Shown in pieces: positions 23,401 to 37,100 of a stretch of 64,000 bases of DNA. The translations under genes and the position numbers were made by a program. Every line of letters starts with the position of its first letter. Position 1 is the stretch's first letter. The stretch comes from Owenia fusiformis (lineage: Eukaryota), in contig CAIIXF020000001.1 in the NCBI GenBank assembly GCA_903813345.2, positions 31,062,001-31,126,000 on the forward strand. The letters are read 5' to 3'. The notes beneath the pieces were generated by a model. That model did not search any database, was not told the origin of the DNA, and saw only the letters and a list, made by a program, of their open reading frames with translations.

Positions 23401-24732
23401 CACAAGATCGTGAGAATTGTAATTAAACTAGCATATTTGCAATGATTTTTTATTTATATTCATTGAAAATCTACTCGCACATGTTTTTTCAGAGAGACAC
23501 TAGAGGAGGAAATCTCACAACTCTTAAAGGATATCACTTTTCTCCAGGTAGGAGTACAAAAATTAAGCATCCTCTTTTTGATATTAATATTTCTAATATT
23601 TGTAAATATGGTAATTGGTGAATGGTGGCATTTTTGATAATGCAATATATTTGTCCAAAAAATGAATCTTCTACTCTAATATTTATTTTTTATGTTGTTT
23701 TAGAAAAGTATGTAGAACTGTGAAAACTGATCACAAAAATATGTGACGATTTGTGTTGGTTGATATTGCAAAGGGGGGCATTTAGTCGCCTTGGTTGGTA
23801 GAATTCATCAATCCCAATTAATTTTATTTCTGCATTTCAGAATTGTCTAGATGACGAGTCACAATTTAGGCTTGACAAGACAATCACTAGGGAACCAACT
23901 CTCTCAGGTACATTATTTGCAACCCTTGTCAAAATATCCAGCATCTAATCACAATTGGATGGTAAGAACTACATCTATCTTATTATCTAATATGCATCCA
24001 TCTTATTTTATGTACATTTAGAGTTGAAAGAAGAGCGTTCAAAGCTGGAGAAGAATATGTTTGCTGATCATGCTCCTCTACCAAGCAGTCCTATCAGGAA
24101 TAAACAGCCAATCCTAACAAGGTTTGATATATCTCATATATTTTCACAGATGCTATGGAGGTCAATTTTGTCTTTTCACACTGTCTGAATCTCAAAACCT
24201 GCTCTGATGGTATGTTCTTATACAATTTCATGCTCAGCACATGCCAAAATATTTGTAGTTGAGGTTTTCTCCATTTTCTTGTGTTCCCATTTTATATATT
24301 TGTGTTTTCAGGCAGTTACCAGGTGTAAAACCTAGGAGCCCTACAATGAGGCCCTCTCCACCATCCTCTGCAGGTCGCAGCCCTTTGAGGGCCTCACACA
24401 GTATACATATAGACCCTAATGATCTCTTGTCCAAACAGAACAATAACCATGGTGCCAAGTTAAAACGCCAATTCTCAGGCGGAGACAATGCTAAAATAGA
24501 CCAAAGACAACAAAGATCTCAAATAAACAATAATCCAAAACTAGTCAAAGTAGGCACAATTAATGCTCCAATAGACAGATCGAATATGCCAATGTCTGTC
24601 AGTTATGTGACATCACCAGAACATTCCAATCACACTCCATCTCCACCATCCAGTGCCAAACCTGATAGAACCAGACCAGGGTCAGCAAATAAGTTTAGAA
24701 AGATGGTTGTTGGACATAGGGAGCCACCATGA
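20493..24732 (+). CDS. CCDC24: Coiled-coil domain-containing protein 24-like (about 405 aa)
   Basis: Exons 20493-20651, 20985-21145, 21424-21488, 22472-22568, 23097-23189, 23493-23547, 23841-23907, 24022-24121, 24312-24732 total 1218 nt in one open frame. N-terminus SLWALVKQHVP..EQEEVK..LGE..V..SLEL..EV matches the recalled CCDC24 N-terminus; LEEEISQLLKDITFLQNCLDDE is a coiled segment. Confidence 0.85.
22016..22150 (-). mobile_element. Minimal Helentron/HINE-like copy lacking the satellite array
   Basis: cacatattgttatagtctcc...tctgtaac...ggtggtgacattttg...atgttaatgtcttgtt reproduces both end modules of the 26990-28403 element within about 130 bp. Confidence 0.55.
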
Positions 24733-25037
24733 ACACAGTGTAGGAAATAAGGAAGTCATTGAAGTATTTAAACTGATATTATTAAAGGTTTCTCATGCAA
24801 GGTTAGACATAGATATTGTCCTTACAGACATGACATTTTGTCATCTTACAGATCATATTTCTGCTCACAATATATGTAGAAGGTACACACAAAAATGTGA
24901 CCTACTATTTTTGGCTGGCACAGCGAGCGTATGGGATAAGCATCTATCAGTGTCAGTCCCTCTCTCTGTCCATCTGCTTTCTGTCCATCAAAAGTGTAAC
25001 CTCCTGAATAAATTCATTTGAAGTTTATATACCGCAT

Positions 25038-25464
25038 GACATAATGTTGCATAACTTTTTTGTCTGCGTAAATATTGACTCTTCAGTACATTAAAACTAT
25101 ATTCCATGGAGCAACTCAACAAGAAGTTTCAAATGACAAGCTCAACTAGATGCACCTTTATGAGAGTTACAAGATGTGTCATCCATTCCTTTGCAGGCAC
25201 ACCTGGATTCTACACCAAAAATGCAACTTACTTTTTTTATAAAGATTTGTTACAAAAGGTGGGTGGCATACTTTTGTGTAGAATCTGCAAAGGAATGGAC
25301 GATATTTAGAACTCATCTTGTAACACTCATAAAAGCGGATCTAGTTGAGCTAGTCATCTGAAACTTCTTGTGGAAGTTTTAATGTGCAAAAGAATAAATC
25401 AGATATCATCCACACAAAAAAAGTTATGCAACATTATGTGGGTGGCACTTTTTGTGTTACCCTG
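25038..25464. mobile_element. Degenerate Tc1/mariner-like MITE in the CCDC24 3' region
   Basis: cataatgttgcataactttttt (about 25040) pairs with aaaaaagttatgcaacattatg (about 25420); right end ...gttaccctg|TA; left terminus not recognisable. Confidence 0.5.
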
Positions 25465-26989
25465 TATTTTTTTATTGATGTGTCAATATAAAGCTGTATA
25501 GAAATACATGATGATTGTAAATTGCTATAGGCATAAAAATGTATTAAAAAGCCTCATGAATAGCAGCTCTTGACAATTACTCTTCTAATTTGGACAAAAT
25601 TGGTAGTTTTGTACAAGTTATTTATCAATGATTTAGTGTATTTCATTCAATGTATTCACTTTTGTGTCCACATTGCCTATTGTCCAAAAATGTATGCTAT
25701 TCCGTGAATCAAGTAATAGGGTTATACATGTACTGAAATACAATTATTATGCTGTTTTGTATGAAAAATAAACTTTCTCTAAAAAATAAGAGAATCAAAT
25801 TGTTTTGTCAGTTTTTTGTTAAAGAGAGAGTTGGGAGAAATATTAAATCATTGGTAGTTGGGTATGGTCCTCTTCCAAGGTAATATTAGCATTTATTACT
25901 TGCTTAAAAATCTGTACTCCTTAATAACAATTTCTAGTTCATTTTGCAAAACCTTCACTCTTATCTATAGCTGATTTTAGTTTAATTCAAGATACTTTCC
26001 TTGAAACACAGAACATATTCTATGTCTTTATTTGCTCATGATGGTCAATTGCGAAGTGTCACTGGTGCAGAAGATTTCAGTTGGAGCAAAGATATGGTTT
26101 ATGAGAGAAAGATATGGGTCATATAAAATTCTTGTTCAGTTTAACTTAAAACTTCTATATAATACTCTTGCATGTGGCAAAATGGTGTCTACTGGGTATC
26201 CAGGTGTAAAAAGAAATTGTACTAAATGTTGAAACCCAAGATTTAAAGCATTTGCTTTTTGACCGAATGCTGAATAAACCCATGTGGGAGAAAATTGGAA
26301 AATTACTCTGATATCAGATGGCAAGACTAGTACTGGTTCAATAAATGCAACAAAAGTCATCAATATATTTTAAGCAATTGTATTGCTCACTACTAAGTAG
26401 ACATGTATGTAATTTACAAATATATGACAAAGGGATGTATGGTGCTTATATAATATAAATTTACAGGCATAGTCTTCAAAGTTCTTAACACCTGACAAAA
26501 TAGCTTAACTAGGCCTAGTAGTTTGAGAAATTATGGTTCTAACTCATGCATAAAACACAGCAGAAATATTTCCTATTTACCGCTTGGATCAATAACCTGA
26601 ATCTTTCAAGGGATGCATTCAACAATACTGGCATTTCCATATGTTGAAAACTGAAATATTATTTCTAGTTTTTCTTCATTTGCATGCTTTATTTTTGTGC
26701 AATTTCTGGTATCGTGATTTATTTGGCAATGTTTAACTAACCTGATTTTATTTAAAGGATTTTATTGACCAACAATTGAATATGAGACTATTACCTTTGG
26801 ACTAATTTTCAGAAACATAAAAAAATTTTGGCAGAGATCAACATGAGTTAGAATCAAAATTCCACACACACAAAATGTGAGAACAAGCGAGTAGACTGGT
26901 GAAATTTTAATCAATTCAGTTTTGTTCACATCTTGGACATTGCAAGGAGATATGAAAGACCAAGATTTTGACAATGTTTTAACACATCC

Positions 26990-28403
26990 AACAAGGCATT
27001 AACATGACAAAATGTCACCACCTAAAACAATTTGGTCAATTTAAAGCAAGTTGGAAAATACCTTTTGACCTTAAGAAGAACTTCTGAGAACATGTAGATG
27101 ATTTTGAAAAAAAAATTAGTCAATTTGAAGCAAGTTGAAAAAAGACCTTTTTGACCTTGAGAAGGTCATTGAAGGTCAAAGGTCAAATCTAATGTCAGAT
27201 TTGAACTTCTGAGAACTTGTTAAGTCAAATTTGAACTTCCGAAAAGATGTAGATGATTTTGAAAAAAAAAATTGGTCAATTTGAAGCAAGTTGAAAACAG
27301 ACCTTTTTGACCTTTTTTGACCTTGAGAAGGTCATTAAAGGTCAAATGTCAAATCTAAAGTCAGATTTGAATTTCTGAGAACATGTAGATGATTTTGAAA
27401 AAAAAAATTAGTCAATTTGAAGCAAGTTGAAAAAAGACTTTTTTTGACCTTGAGAAGGTAATTGAAGGTCAAATGTCAAATCTAAAGTCATATTTGAATT
27501 TCTGAGAACATGTAGATGATTTTGAAAAAAAAATTTAGTCAATTTGGAGCAAGATGAAAAAATACCTTTTTGACCTTTTTTGACCTTGAAAAGGTCATTG
27601 AAGGTCAAATGTCAAATCTAAAGTCAGATTTGAATTTCTGAGAACATGTAGATGATTTTGAAAAAAAATTTTAGTCAATTTGAAGCAAGTTGAAAATAGA
27701 CCTTTTTGACCTTTTTTGACTTTGAGAAGGTCATTGAAGGTCAAATGTCAAATCTTAAGTCAAATCTAAAGTCAGATTTGAATTTCTGAGAACATGTAGA
27801 TGATTGTGAAAAAATATTTAAGTCAATTTGAAGCAAGTTGAAAACAGACCTTTTTGACCTTTTTTGACCTTGAGAAGGTCATTGAAGGTCAAATGTCAAA
27901 TCTTAAGTCAGATTTGAATTTCTGAGAACACGTAGATGATTTTGAAAAAAAAATTTAGTCAATTTGAAGCAAGTTGAAAACAGACCTTTTTGACCTTTTT
28001 TTGACCTTGAGAAGGTCATTGAAGGTCAAATGTCAAATCTAAAGTCAGATTTGAAGGTCAAATGTCAAATCTAAAGTCAAATCTAAAGTCAGATTTGAAT
28101 TTCTGAGAACATGTAGATGATTTTGAAAAAAAATTTAGTCAATGTGAAGCAAGTTGAAAAAAGACCTTTTTGACCTTGAGAAGGTCATTGAAGGTCAAAT
28201 GTCAAATCTAAAGTCAGATTTGAACTTCTGAGAACATGTAGATGATTTAGAAAAAAATTCAGTCTAAAAGTCAGTCTAAACAGTATTTGTTAAGTTATAG
28301 GAAGTTGTAAGAAATTGTTACAGACGCCGGACGCCAACCGCCGGACGCCGTCGCAAAAAAACGGAGACCATAACAATATGTCACCACTTTTGGTGGTGAC
28401 ATA
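26990..28403 (+). mobile_element. Helentron/HINE-like non-autonomous element carrying about 9 tandem copies of an about 135-bp satellite unit
   Basis: Units begin gtcaatttgaagcaagttg at about 27035, 27119, 27275, 27411, 27538, 27675, 27822, 27958, 28138. SubTIR atgtcaccacc (27012) is inverted to ggtggtgacat (28392-28402). Terminal hairpin atgtcaccac-ttttg-gtggtgacat; adjacent gacgccg microrepeat. Confidence 0.75.
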
Positions 28404-28717
28404 ATAAGACTACAGTACAGTCAGACAGTACATGTAGCTCTGGAAAGTATATAAGAAAGTGTGAGTAAATGAACATACATTGTTTATGATCATTGAAAAG
28501 TAAGTGTCAGAATTGATGCATAAACACAAGGAAATGCCATTCCTTATTGATAATTCTAAATCAGAATACATCCAAACACTTCCAACGATTCATAAACATC
28601 TTAAAAATAATTTGTATTACACATTATTTAATATTATCGTTAATATGCATGGAAATTTGTCCATTTACAAAATGAACATTTTTATTTTCACACTACATTC
28701 ATGTAAAAATTCATCTA

Positions 28718-29251
28718 CATGGTGAGCCACAAAAAGGTAACCCAAAATCTTAACTCAGTCATCCAGTATGGGTTTGAAGTCATATTTGGCACAATTGAAC
28801 CTTATTCAATGTTATTGCATTCTAAGTTTCATTGGTCTTTTTTCAATGGTCATGATGTTTATGGCCATTTTACAAAACATGCTACAAATGACAAAACTAC
28901 CAAAATCACCCAATACAAACCCACAGAATTTTGCCACAGAAAATGTGTATAATAACAACCCTAGAAGCAACATAGAGTTTAAACAAGAGATTAAAGGGAA
29001 ATGAAAGCCATTACACAAGATATCTGTAAGTGTGTAGTCAGAAAACTTCACCCAATGAGTTCAAGTTTACCTCCAAAATCAAGACTGGCATTTTGAGCAT
29101 GTTAAAAGGGCCATAAAATGGTGATCATGCCAATGTAACTTGGTTGAATTAAAGAACATTGAATAAGGTTCAATTGTCCCAAATATGACTTCAAACCCAT
29201 ACTGAATGACTGAGTTGAGATTTGTATGAGTTACCTTTTTGGCTTACCCTG
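28718..29251. mobile_element. Tc1/mariner-like MITE
   Basis: About 95-bp imperfect TIRs (CA[T/G]GGT[G/A]AGCCA...cagtatgggtttgaagtcatatttgg...aattgaaccttattcaatgtt); TA on both flanks. Confidence 0.8.
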
Positions 29252-31173
29252 TACTCAAAACAAATTGAACATAAATATTTTCAAACATACAGTTGAACAT
29301 TTGTATTTCTGCAAAACATTGCGTTTCACTTGTATTTTAAACTACTTACATGTCACTTGAAAATAAGGAACCGGACTCTTAAATTTTACAATAATGTACA
29401 TCCCTATTTCCTTAATAAGGATTATCAAATTGATGTGAAGAATATAATGGATGTTTTTGAATTCCAAATGCTTTTAATTTCTTTCAAATATATGATACCA
29501 TTTAATAAGACATGGTAAATCTAAACCAATATACTACTCTGACAAGTGCAACTCTGGAGTTTAGATGCTTCCTATTCTGTGTGCTGTCCTTCAGTTGGTG
29601 ATTTGCCCTTGGAATAGTACAGAATATTGTAGTAATGTCTTTCAACATAATCACACACGTCAGAAATGCATCTATTGTAGTCTTAATACATTGAACATGT
29701 ATATATTACATATTAAATGTTTAGGATTCATTCACAAACATAGAATATCATTGATACAACATGTGCATCAAAGAAGCACTAAGCTATCTACATGCATTAT
29801 TAATTCAAACATTTTGTACGTCATCAACTATATTCAAATACATATACGGTACATGTACTTTTACAATTCAAATACAAGGTGTGTTAATATGATGAACAAT
29901 TGGCATGGGGTCCATCAATGTGAACAGAGAGTCCAAATAATTCTTGGCACTGATCCCACAAATCACATTCAGCCAACTATGATGTCACTCTCCAACACAG
30001 GTAACAACTATTTCTATGTACACAGAGTTTAGAAATCATAGAGGTTAAAAATATAATATCTTTGAAACAGCAAAATTCATATTCCTACAAAAGGCTTTAT
30101 TGAAACTATCAAAAGGTATCGGACATGAAAAAGAAACAGATTTCAAAAAAATTCTTATTGCACCTGGTCACTGGGGTTCTAGAACTTGATAGAAAATAGG
30201 TAGTCTTTGTTGCAGGTATTAAGAGAACATGTGCCATTAATTGCTGGATAGCCTCTATTCACATGGGATACCTTTACTGGGTACCAGCAAATGACTTGTT
30301 ACAAGTTTATATTAAATGTAAAATGTACTAATTCCTAATAGGCCGATGTGTTCTATGGCATATACAATACAAGAACTTAACCAACTGGTACAAAATTCAC
30401 TACAGCATTAAATAGAGTATTGCTTAGGACTAAACTAGATTTGCATCAGTTGAAGCAGTTAGCTTGAACATGATTTTTCAAATTATTTATATATTAAGTT
30501 ATACTATTTTAAATAAATTCATTCCATTTTATTGACATTTTGAAATCTAAATAGAATTCAAAGTACATATTAATATCATTAAACCTAGAGCAAATCAAAT
30601 ATCACGTTCTGATCATGTCAATTAATTTCCTGATTTCACAATTCATTCATTTTATGGCATGTCCTAGTCCAGTGTACAGACCCAAGAAAATATCACCATG
30701 TAAACTGAGCTCCTTCTTGAGACTGTAGAGGAGACTATGCAAATACATCTACAATCTATTGCAAAATAGAATTGCAAGGGTGTCACAAAACAAGGCCATA
30801 ACTGGGGCTGTGTTTGTTTATCTGATTTGATGACACATAGTTTAGACTGCAGAAATATATGGGGCAAATGAAACTGGGAATTGGCATAAATCCATCAAAA
30901 TGGCATTTAAGCAACCAGCTTTGATGCCAAGGAGGTGATGTCATATGAAGCTTAGTTTCATTCTAGCATCTAACAATGCAAGCATCTACTTACATATATG
31001 CCTATAACTAAAAACCATGGTTCAATTTCTACAGCAAGAGTAGAATTTAGATAAGGGATTCAATGTAAATTGTGAAATTGTACTAACCAGAAGGAACTCG
31101 ATTAAAAACAAAATGCATGATTTTAGTCATAGGTAGTATTTATGCCAATGAAAAAGTAAATGGGAATGAAGTC

Positions 31174-34100
31174 CTAACAGACAAAATCAGCTTGTCTCAA
31201 TGCCTCTACATCAACATCCCCACTTCCACTGAACTGTTGTAAGGATATTGTTGACTGACTCATGCGGTCACCAGTGCTTCCTTTATTTGCTGTGCTAGAA
31301 TCACCATGGCTACCAGTCTCAGTGCTCATCATACGATCATCATACAGAGAAAATCTTGTAGTTTTCAAATTAAATGGAGTTTTGATTCGCTTCTGTATAC
31401 GTTCTGTAGAAGATATACTAGTGTCTGAAGATAGTTCCTCTAAGCTCCTTGGTGATGAAGGGTTATTGTTCTCAGCATGTTTGTTGCTTGTAGTCGTGGC
31501 TATTGTTGTTGTTTGCTGCAGTGACGTTTCACTAGCGCTAGGGTTGTTATTAGTAGCATCACGTAACTCCCTAGCTTGTCTTTCTTCACGTCTTTTCTTT
31601 TTATCCATCCGGTAATTATGTCCCTTTAAACGAAGGGATGATGGTCTACGGGGACTGTCATCACTGGACAGGCTACTAAGGGAGCTGCAACTGGGACTCA
31701 TGTCCCCACTACTCTGTGACTTGGTGCGACTCATTAGTAATGGTGAGGCACCATTAATGCGAGGCTCTAGTTTAGCTATGCCAACTTCCGCCATCCCTAA
31801 TCTTGCATTTGTTGATCCACTTGCTTCATTTCTTGCCCCATTTAATGGGGTAGCTCCATTCAAGGAACCATTTGACCCATTATATTGGGCTGCACCATTC
31901 AAGGACCCATTATATGGACCCCTAGACAGGTAGCTTCTAGTGTTATCCACTCTGTCTGTGTTATAACGAGAAGGGGCAGATGTTGCACCAGAAGCTTCCA
32001 AGTCTTGCCGTACAAGTGTCACTCCATTGTATATATTCACTTCAGTAGGGAGGGGGCGAGGGTCAAGATTTGACTTGCCACGTGTGTAGCCTGAGGCCTC
32101 ATTAGATCCACTTGGGTCAAGGGGCTCTGACTCGCTAGGATGTTGTACCACATTATGTTGGCTCTTAGATATTGGGTTACGATTAAATATATTCAATTTT
32201 GGCTTTTCAAGCGCTTTTTTCATTTTTTGCAGTCTAGTCTTAGGATTTGTGTTTCCCATGTCATAACTGGACATTAGATTCGGCCCATAAATATTAGAAT
32301 GTCCATTGCCAGGGACATTATGCTGCTTAGGCCTGACAGTAGCTGGAGGATTAACAACGGTACTGTTCTGGACATAATCTATAGGATTGCTGTTATGGGG
32401 TCTGTGGCTGGTGTGACTAAGTACATCATTCTGCACAAGGGAATTCTCCAGTCCACCATCAGTGAACACATCCAAACCAGGGCTAATTGGGAAAGTATGT
32501 CCTTTGTTCTGCAATTCATTGCCTATAACCACCTCCTCCTCACTACGTTGCATTGTGTTCCTTGCAGCCACAGGGTTCCTTCCCTGGTGAGGCTGTAGCA
32601 CCATATTCTGCTTGGCAAAGTTTTCATTAGTGGCCTTGAGTGGGGCAGGTGGGGGAGGAGGGTCTACATTGGGGTCCTCACTAGGTGAGGTCAGATAAGT
32701 CTCAATGGTGGACTCGGAAACACTCTGGGGTCGACAATGGCGCACAATCAAGCCCCCTATGGTATGGTCTCCAGTTGTATCAGGGGGGTTTCCATTAGTA
32801 TCGGTGGAGCCCACCTCAGGTGATGTGGGGTTACGTTGCATCATTGATCCATCCCCGAATGATGTTGTACCAGAATATATAGTTGGAGTTACACCTGCAA
32901 ATAGTAAGTTCATGCAAAGTTGTAGATACACTGTCTTTGCATGGATTTGCTTCACCACATATATCATTCTGTTCAATCCCAATTTTATTTGGCTTCATCT
33001 AATTGACCCATTCATATGTATAATATTGTATCTCATACTTGAGTGGGTTTGGGGTAGATATCACCCGGGAATATATATCGTATCTGAGGAGCGGGCAGGA
33101 TATATTGTATATGTCCCGCTCCAGGCCAAATGCGGGCAGATATAATATATCCATCCCGCTCCCGGGAATTTTTCAAAAATTAAAAAAAGTTTAAATATCA
33201 AAAGTTTTAATTTTTTAATTTTAAAATTAAAATTTTTTAAGTTTAAATGTTACAATTTCATTGTATTGAACAAAAAGAATATTACGAAAATGTTCAATAT
33301 AAATATCTTGTCATCTGAAAAAGGTGGAAAAGGTTATATCTACCCTAAACCCACTCAAGTATGAGATACACCAGTTATGCACGGTCGGTTTGGATACATG
33401 GAATATCCCTTGGGATATACAATACATCTTCCCTCGGTCCCTTCGGTCCCTCGGGAAGATATATTGTATATCCCTCGGGATATTCCCTGTATCCAAAACC
33501 TCCCAGTGCATAACCCCTATATCTGGCAATTCAAAATGGGCATCTTCATCACAATTATTTCTTTTGAATTGAGCATGTTCAATTTGTAATATTTGAGTCA
33601 ATACTAAATGCCACAGCCTCAAAATTCCTAAATTGTAGCTTTCCGACCTTTAATGGGAGTTGAGAAATGAAAATAATGCTACTACTGCAAATGTAGGCTT
33701 GAGAACTTCTGACTGCACTTATTCTGACTGGATGTAAACTTTACATGAAGTGAACCTCATATCAAGAGTATAAATACCTTTTTGCCTCGCCTCCCACAGC
33801 TGCATGATCTCTAGGACCCTTTCCTCCACACAAAGTGATGTAAGTCTCGCCTCTGCATCCTGGTCCCAACAATCCTCAATTGTCTCCTTCAATGCTCGCA
33901 CAGCCTGTTATTAAACAGTAAGTAAAATGTGATTCAGGAACTTTAAAACTATAAGTACATTCATGATATCCTTAAGTCATGAGTTCAAAGCTAGAATGAA
34001 TGTTTATTCTGACTGCAACAAACCCAGCCATAACACATCATGGGAGTTTCTGTTAAAAAATATTTCTCTGCCTTTTCCAATTCAAACAAACATTCATCCA

Positions 34101-37100
34101 TGTGTTGTAGTATTATATATGATTATAAAAAGTATTATCCCTTACTATGAGGACCAGTCAGTGACAAAAAGCATTTAGATTTTGATTCAAGTATTGCCGT
34201 CAATTTCCAAAATGGCAGCCTGCTCGAAGCAATGAGAAGTGAATATTTTCACTGATAGTGACGCATATACGATTAACCCACACAAACATATTCAGCCATA
34301 TTGATTAATGCACGAAGAAAACATTGAGGTATGACATTATGTTAAGTCAGAGTGAGTCCAGTATTAAAAAAATCATGAAATACCCTAATATCGCCCATAT
34401 ATTTACCTTTCAAAAAACCCCAGGGAATTTGTAATTTGATTTGATTTTGTAAATCTCCTACAGGAGAATTTGAGAGAGGCACTGCGTTTTTCTGAAGCAA
34501 ATCTGATAACTGGTATATGAGTTATTGCCAGGATACGCGAATGGCGGATGGACAAATTAATTTTCTAGATCTCTTGAAATAGCTGTGTAGGGAAAAGTCA
34601 CTCATCCCTCAGTGCAGTTAAGTTTTGAATAACATAATTACACACATTTATGCTATTTACGGTAAGTTCAACTTAACCTTACAATGCACTAATTACAAAA
34701 CATTCAATTTGACAATATTATAATATGACAAACAATTTTCTTTAAATCAAATCAAACAATATCTATTGAGGTACTGGTGGAACAAAAACATTTTTGAAAA
34801 ATTGCTATGCCTGCACAAGTTATATTCTTCTACAAATTAAAGTATGAAGGCATGAGTGTTTTTCCTTGCTTTTTTCAGGAAAGTATCATTACATCATGTC
34901 TTTTTATTTCGTCATACCTGATTGTTATCAGTCCACATCCTCGGGAAAGCTGGACGTCTTTTCTCCAACGAGACCTTCAGTTGCATCTCATCAAAGGTAG
35001 GGTTGAGGCCAACCTCAGCTTGGTAGGGCAGCTGGTACTCAGGCATTGGAAGGCCTGCAATACAAAACATACAACCATTTTATTGCATGGTTTATTTGTA
35101 TTTAAAAACCTATACAGTGAACTTGGGCATGATGACATGAAACAAAATTCAAATGAAGTTGGAAAAGGAAAATGTTGAAATATGACATTGATTTTCAGAC
35201 ATAAGTTTTACATGAGTTATTACACTGTGATTTTATTGTTGTCCATGTCAAGCAGCAAAGCTACCCAGTGAATTATGTGAATTATCAACATGTGCAGGAT
35301 CTACAAGATTATAAACATGCCAATATGTATGTCACTTATTGTTACAAGGTTAAAAATACTTAAAATATAAATGTCTAGACTTTCAAAGTCCATGTGTGCT
35401 GTTTATGCTTACATTGGAGATTCTGTTTTGACTACCATTTGACATTACGTTGGCAAGACAGCTATGTAATTTGCCATAAGTGCAGCCAAGTGTGATTAAA
35501 TGTAATAGCTTGTAATTCCACTCAAAATTATATTTTTCACAAAACATGAGATTTCATAGTCTTGTTAGGCCTTGTTAAATGTAGATAACTACAGTATGAT
35601 TGTTACATTTATTAAGTCCTTATTACAAAAAGTTATGTTGACATAACAGATGTTTTGGGTATTTCAAGAGAAAATGAATCAATTCTGTTATAGACTCCAT
35701 TTTATCAGCCCATATTCCTGCTACACTAATATAACACATCCCTGGCCCTTGGTACCTATATGTATAAAATACTTAATACATGAATTATGATAACTTATTT
35801 GGCAGAATAGGTCACTGTTAATATTTAAAGTTCAAACTCAAATACTTGAAATAAAGCAAACAAATACTGCCTCATATGAATACCATTGCAAAAATTTATT
35901 CTTGCATTCTGAAAAATGATTTGACTTGTCAGTTATATATTTACATATATGTGGATGTCTTAATTATTTACTATGGAGGATTGGCAGCCATTATTCAAAC
36001 TCACTTTTCCATTCTGTTGCCTGGCGTCAGACAATTTTGTATATAGTGTATGATACCTGGTCCTTAGATGAACCTTTTAGAATATTATTACTAAATTCCA
36101 CACCAAACATTAGAAGAATGAGTTTGAATACTGGTTACTGACCCTCCTTGCTTATTTTTCTGAGTCCTTTACACCCCTTTTCATTGGACCCTTCCATCCC
36201 CTTCATTATACCAAGCTTCCATCTATATTTTAAAACACCAATAATACATACTGTCAAATTCTCCAAAAACTTCAAAATTTTTGACTTCTACTACTTTGTA
36301 AAATACAAATCTATACCTTAATCATAAAAATGATAAATAAATTTTACTGTTTTCCATTTTCATTGTTTAAAAGATTGATTCTAGTAGTTGGTTGCTGGTT
36401 TTTGGACTCTAATACATCTTACAAATTATGTTCTGTTGCTCTAGAAGAAATCAGACTGTTTACACCATGTATATTATAACACTCAACCACTATGTTCACT
36501 CAAAATATTAGAAGATACATATGCCAGCTCTCCACACCAGCAATAAACAAGCACATATCAAGTCTAATGAAAAACAACTACTTTTTACACTAGTTACTAT
36601 GGCAACAATCTTGTTTTGCACCTCCTGGAGCTCTGATGCTTGCATAAAATACCTTGGATAAATCTCGAATTCAATTTAGAAACATCAAGCTAGTTGTATG
36701 TTAAAGAGTGGAGTCAAACAAACCATTCAATGTCAGCTGAATGGGGGAGCTAAGTCAAGTTGATTCGAACATATTGAGTTATATTTATATCATCTGTAAA
36801 GCATTTCTATTCTATCAAGTCATCCCAAAGAGCTATTGAAAAGGTTCAACGACACACAAAATAAATTATCATAAGGAGGTTTTTTAGCTCTATCATGCAG
36901 CACCTAGTTCAGTGAATATTATGGATTCAACCCTCTATGTCTGTAATAATATAAAAATGGTAATATAATAATCTATCGATGGCACAAAAGTATGTATTCT
37001 TAAAGGACAGGTGGCGGTAAACCCCTCTTTTAGCCCCCCTACAAAACAAGTATATATTGACATGGAATTGAAGAGGAAGTATGACTCATTACTTAAAATG

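Noticed and set aside
27035..28260. CRISPR-like array
   Set aside because: Units are contiguous tandem repeats without unique spacers; eukaryotic context and no cas genes.
31262..33145. Plus-strand ORFs overlapping the BMPR2 last exon
   Set aside because: Antisense shadows of a long coding exon with no independent protein features.
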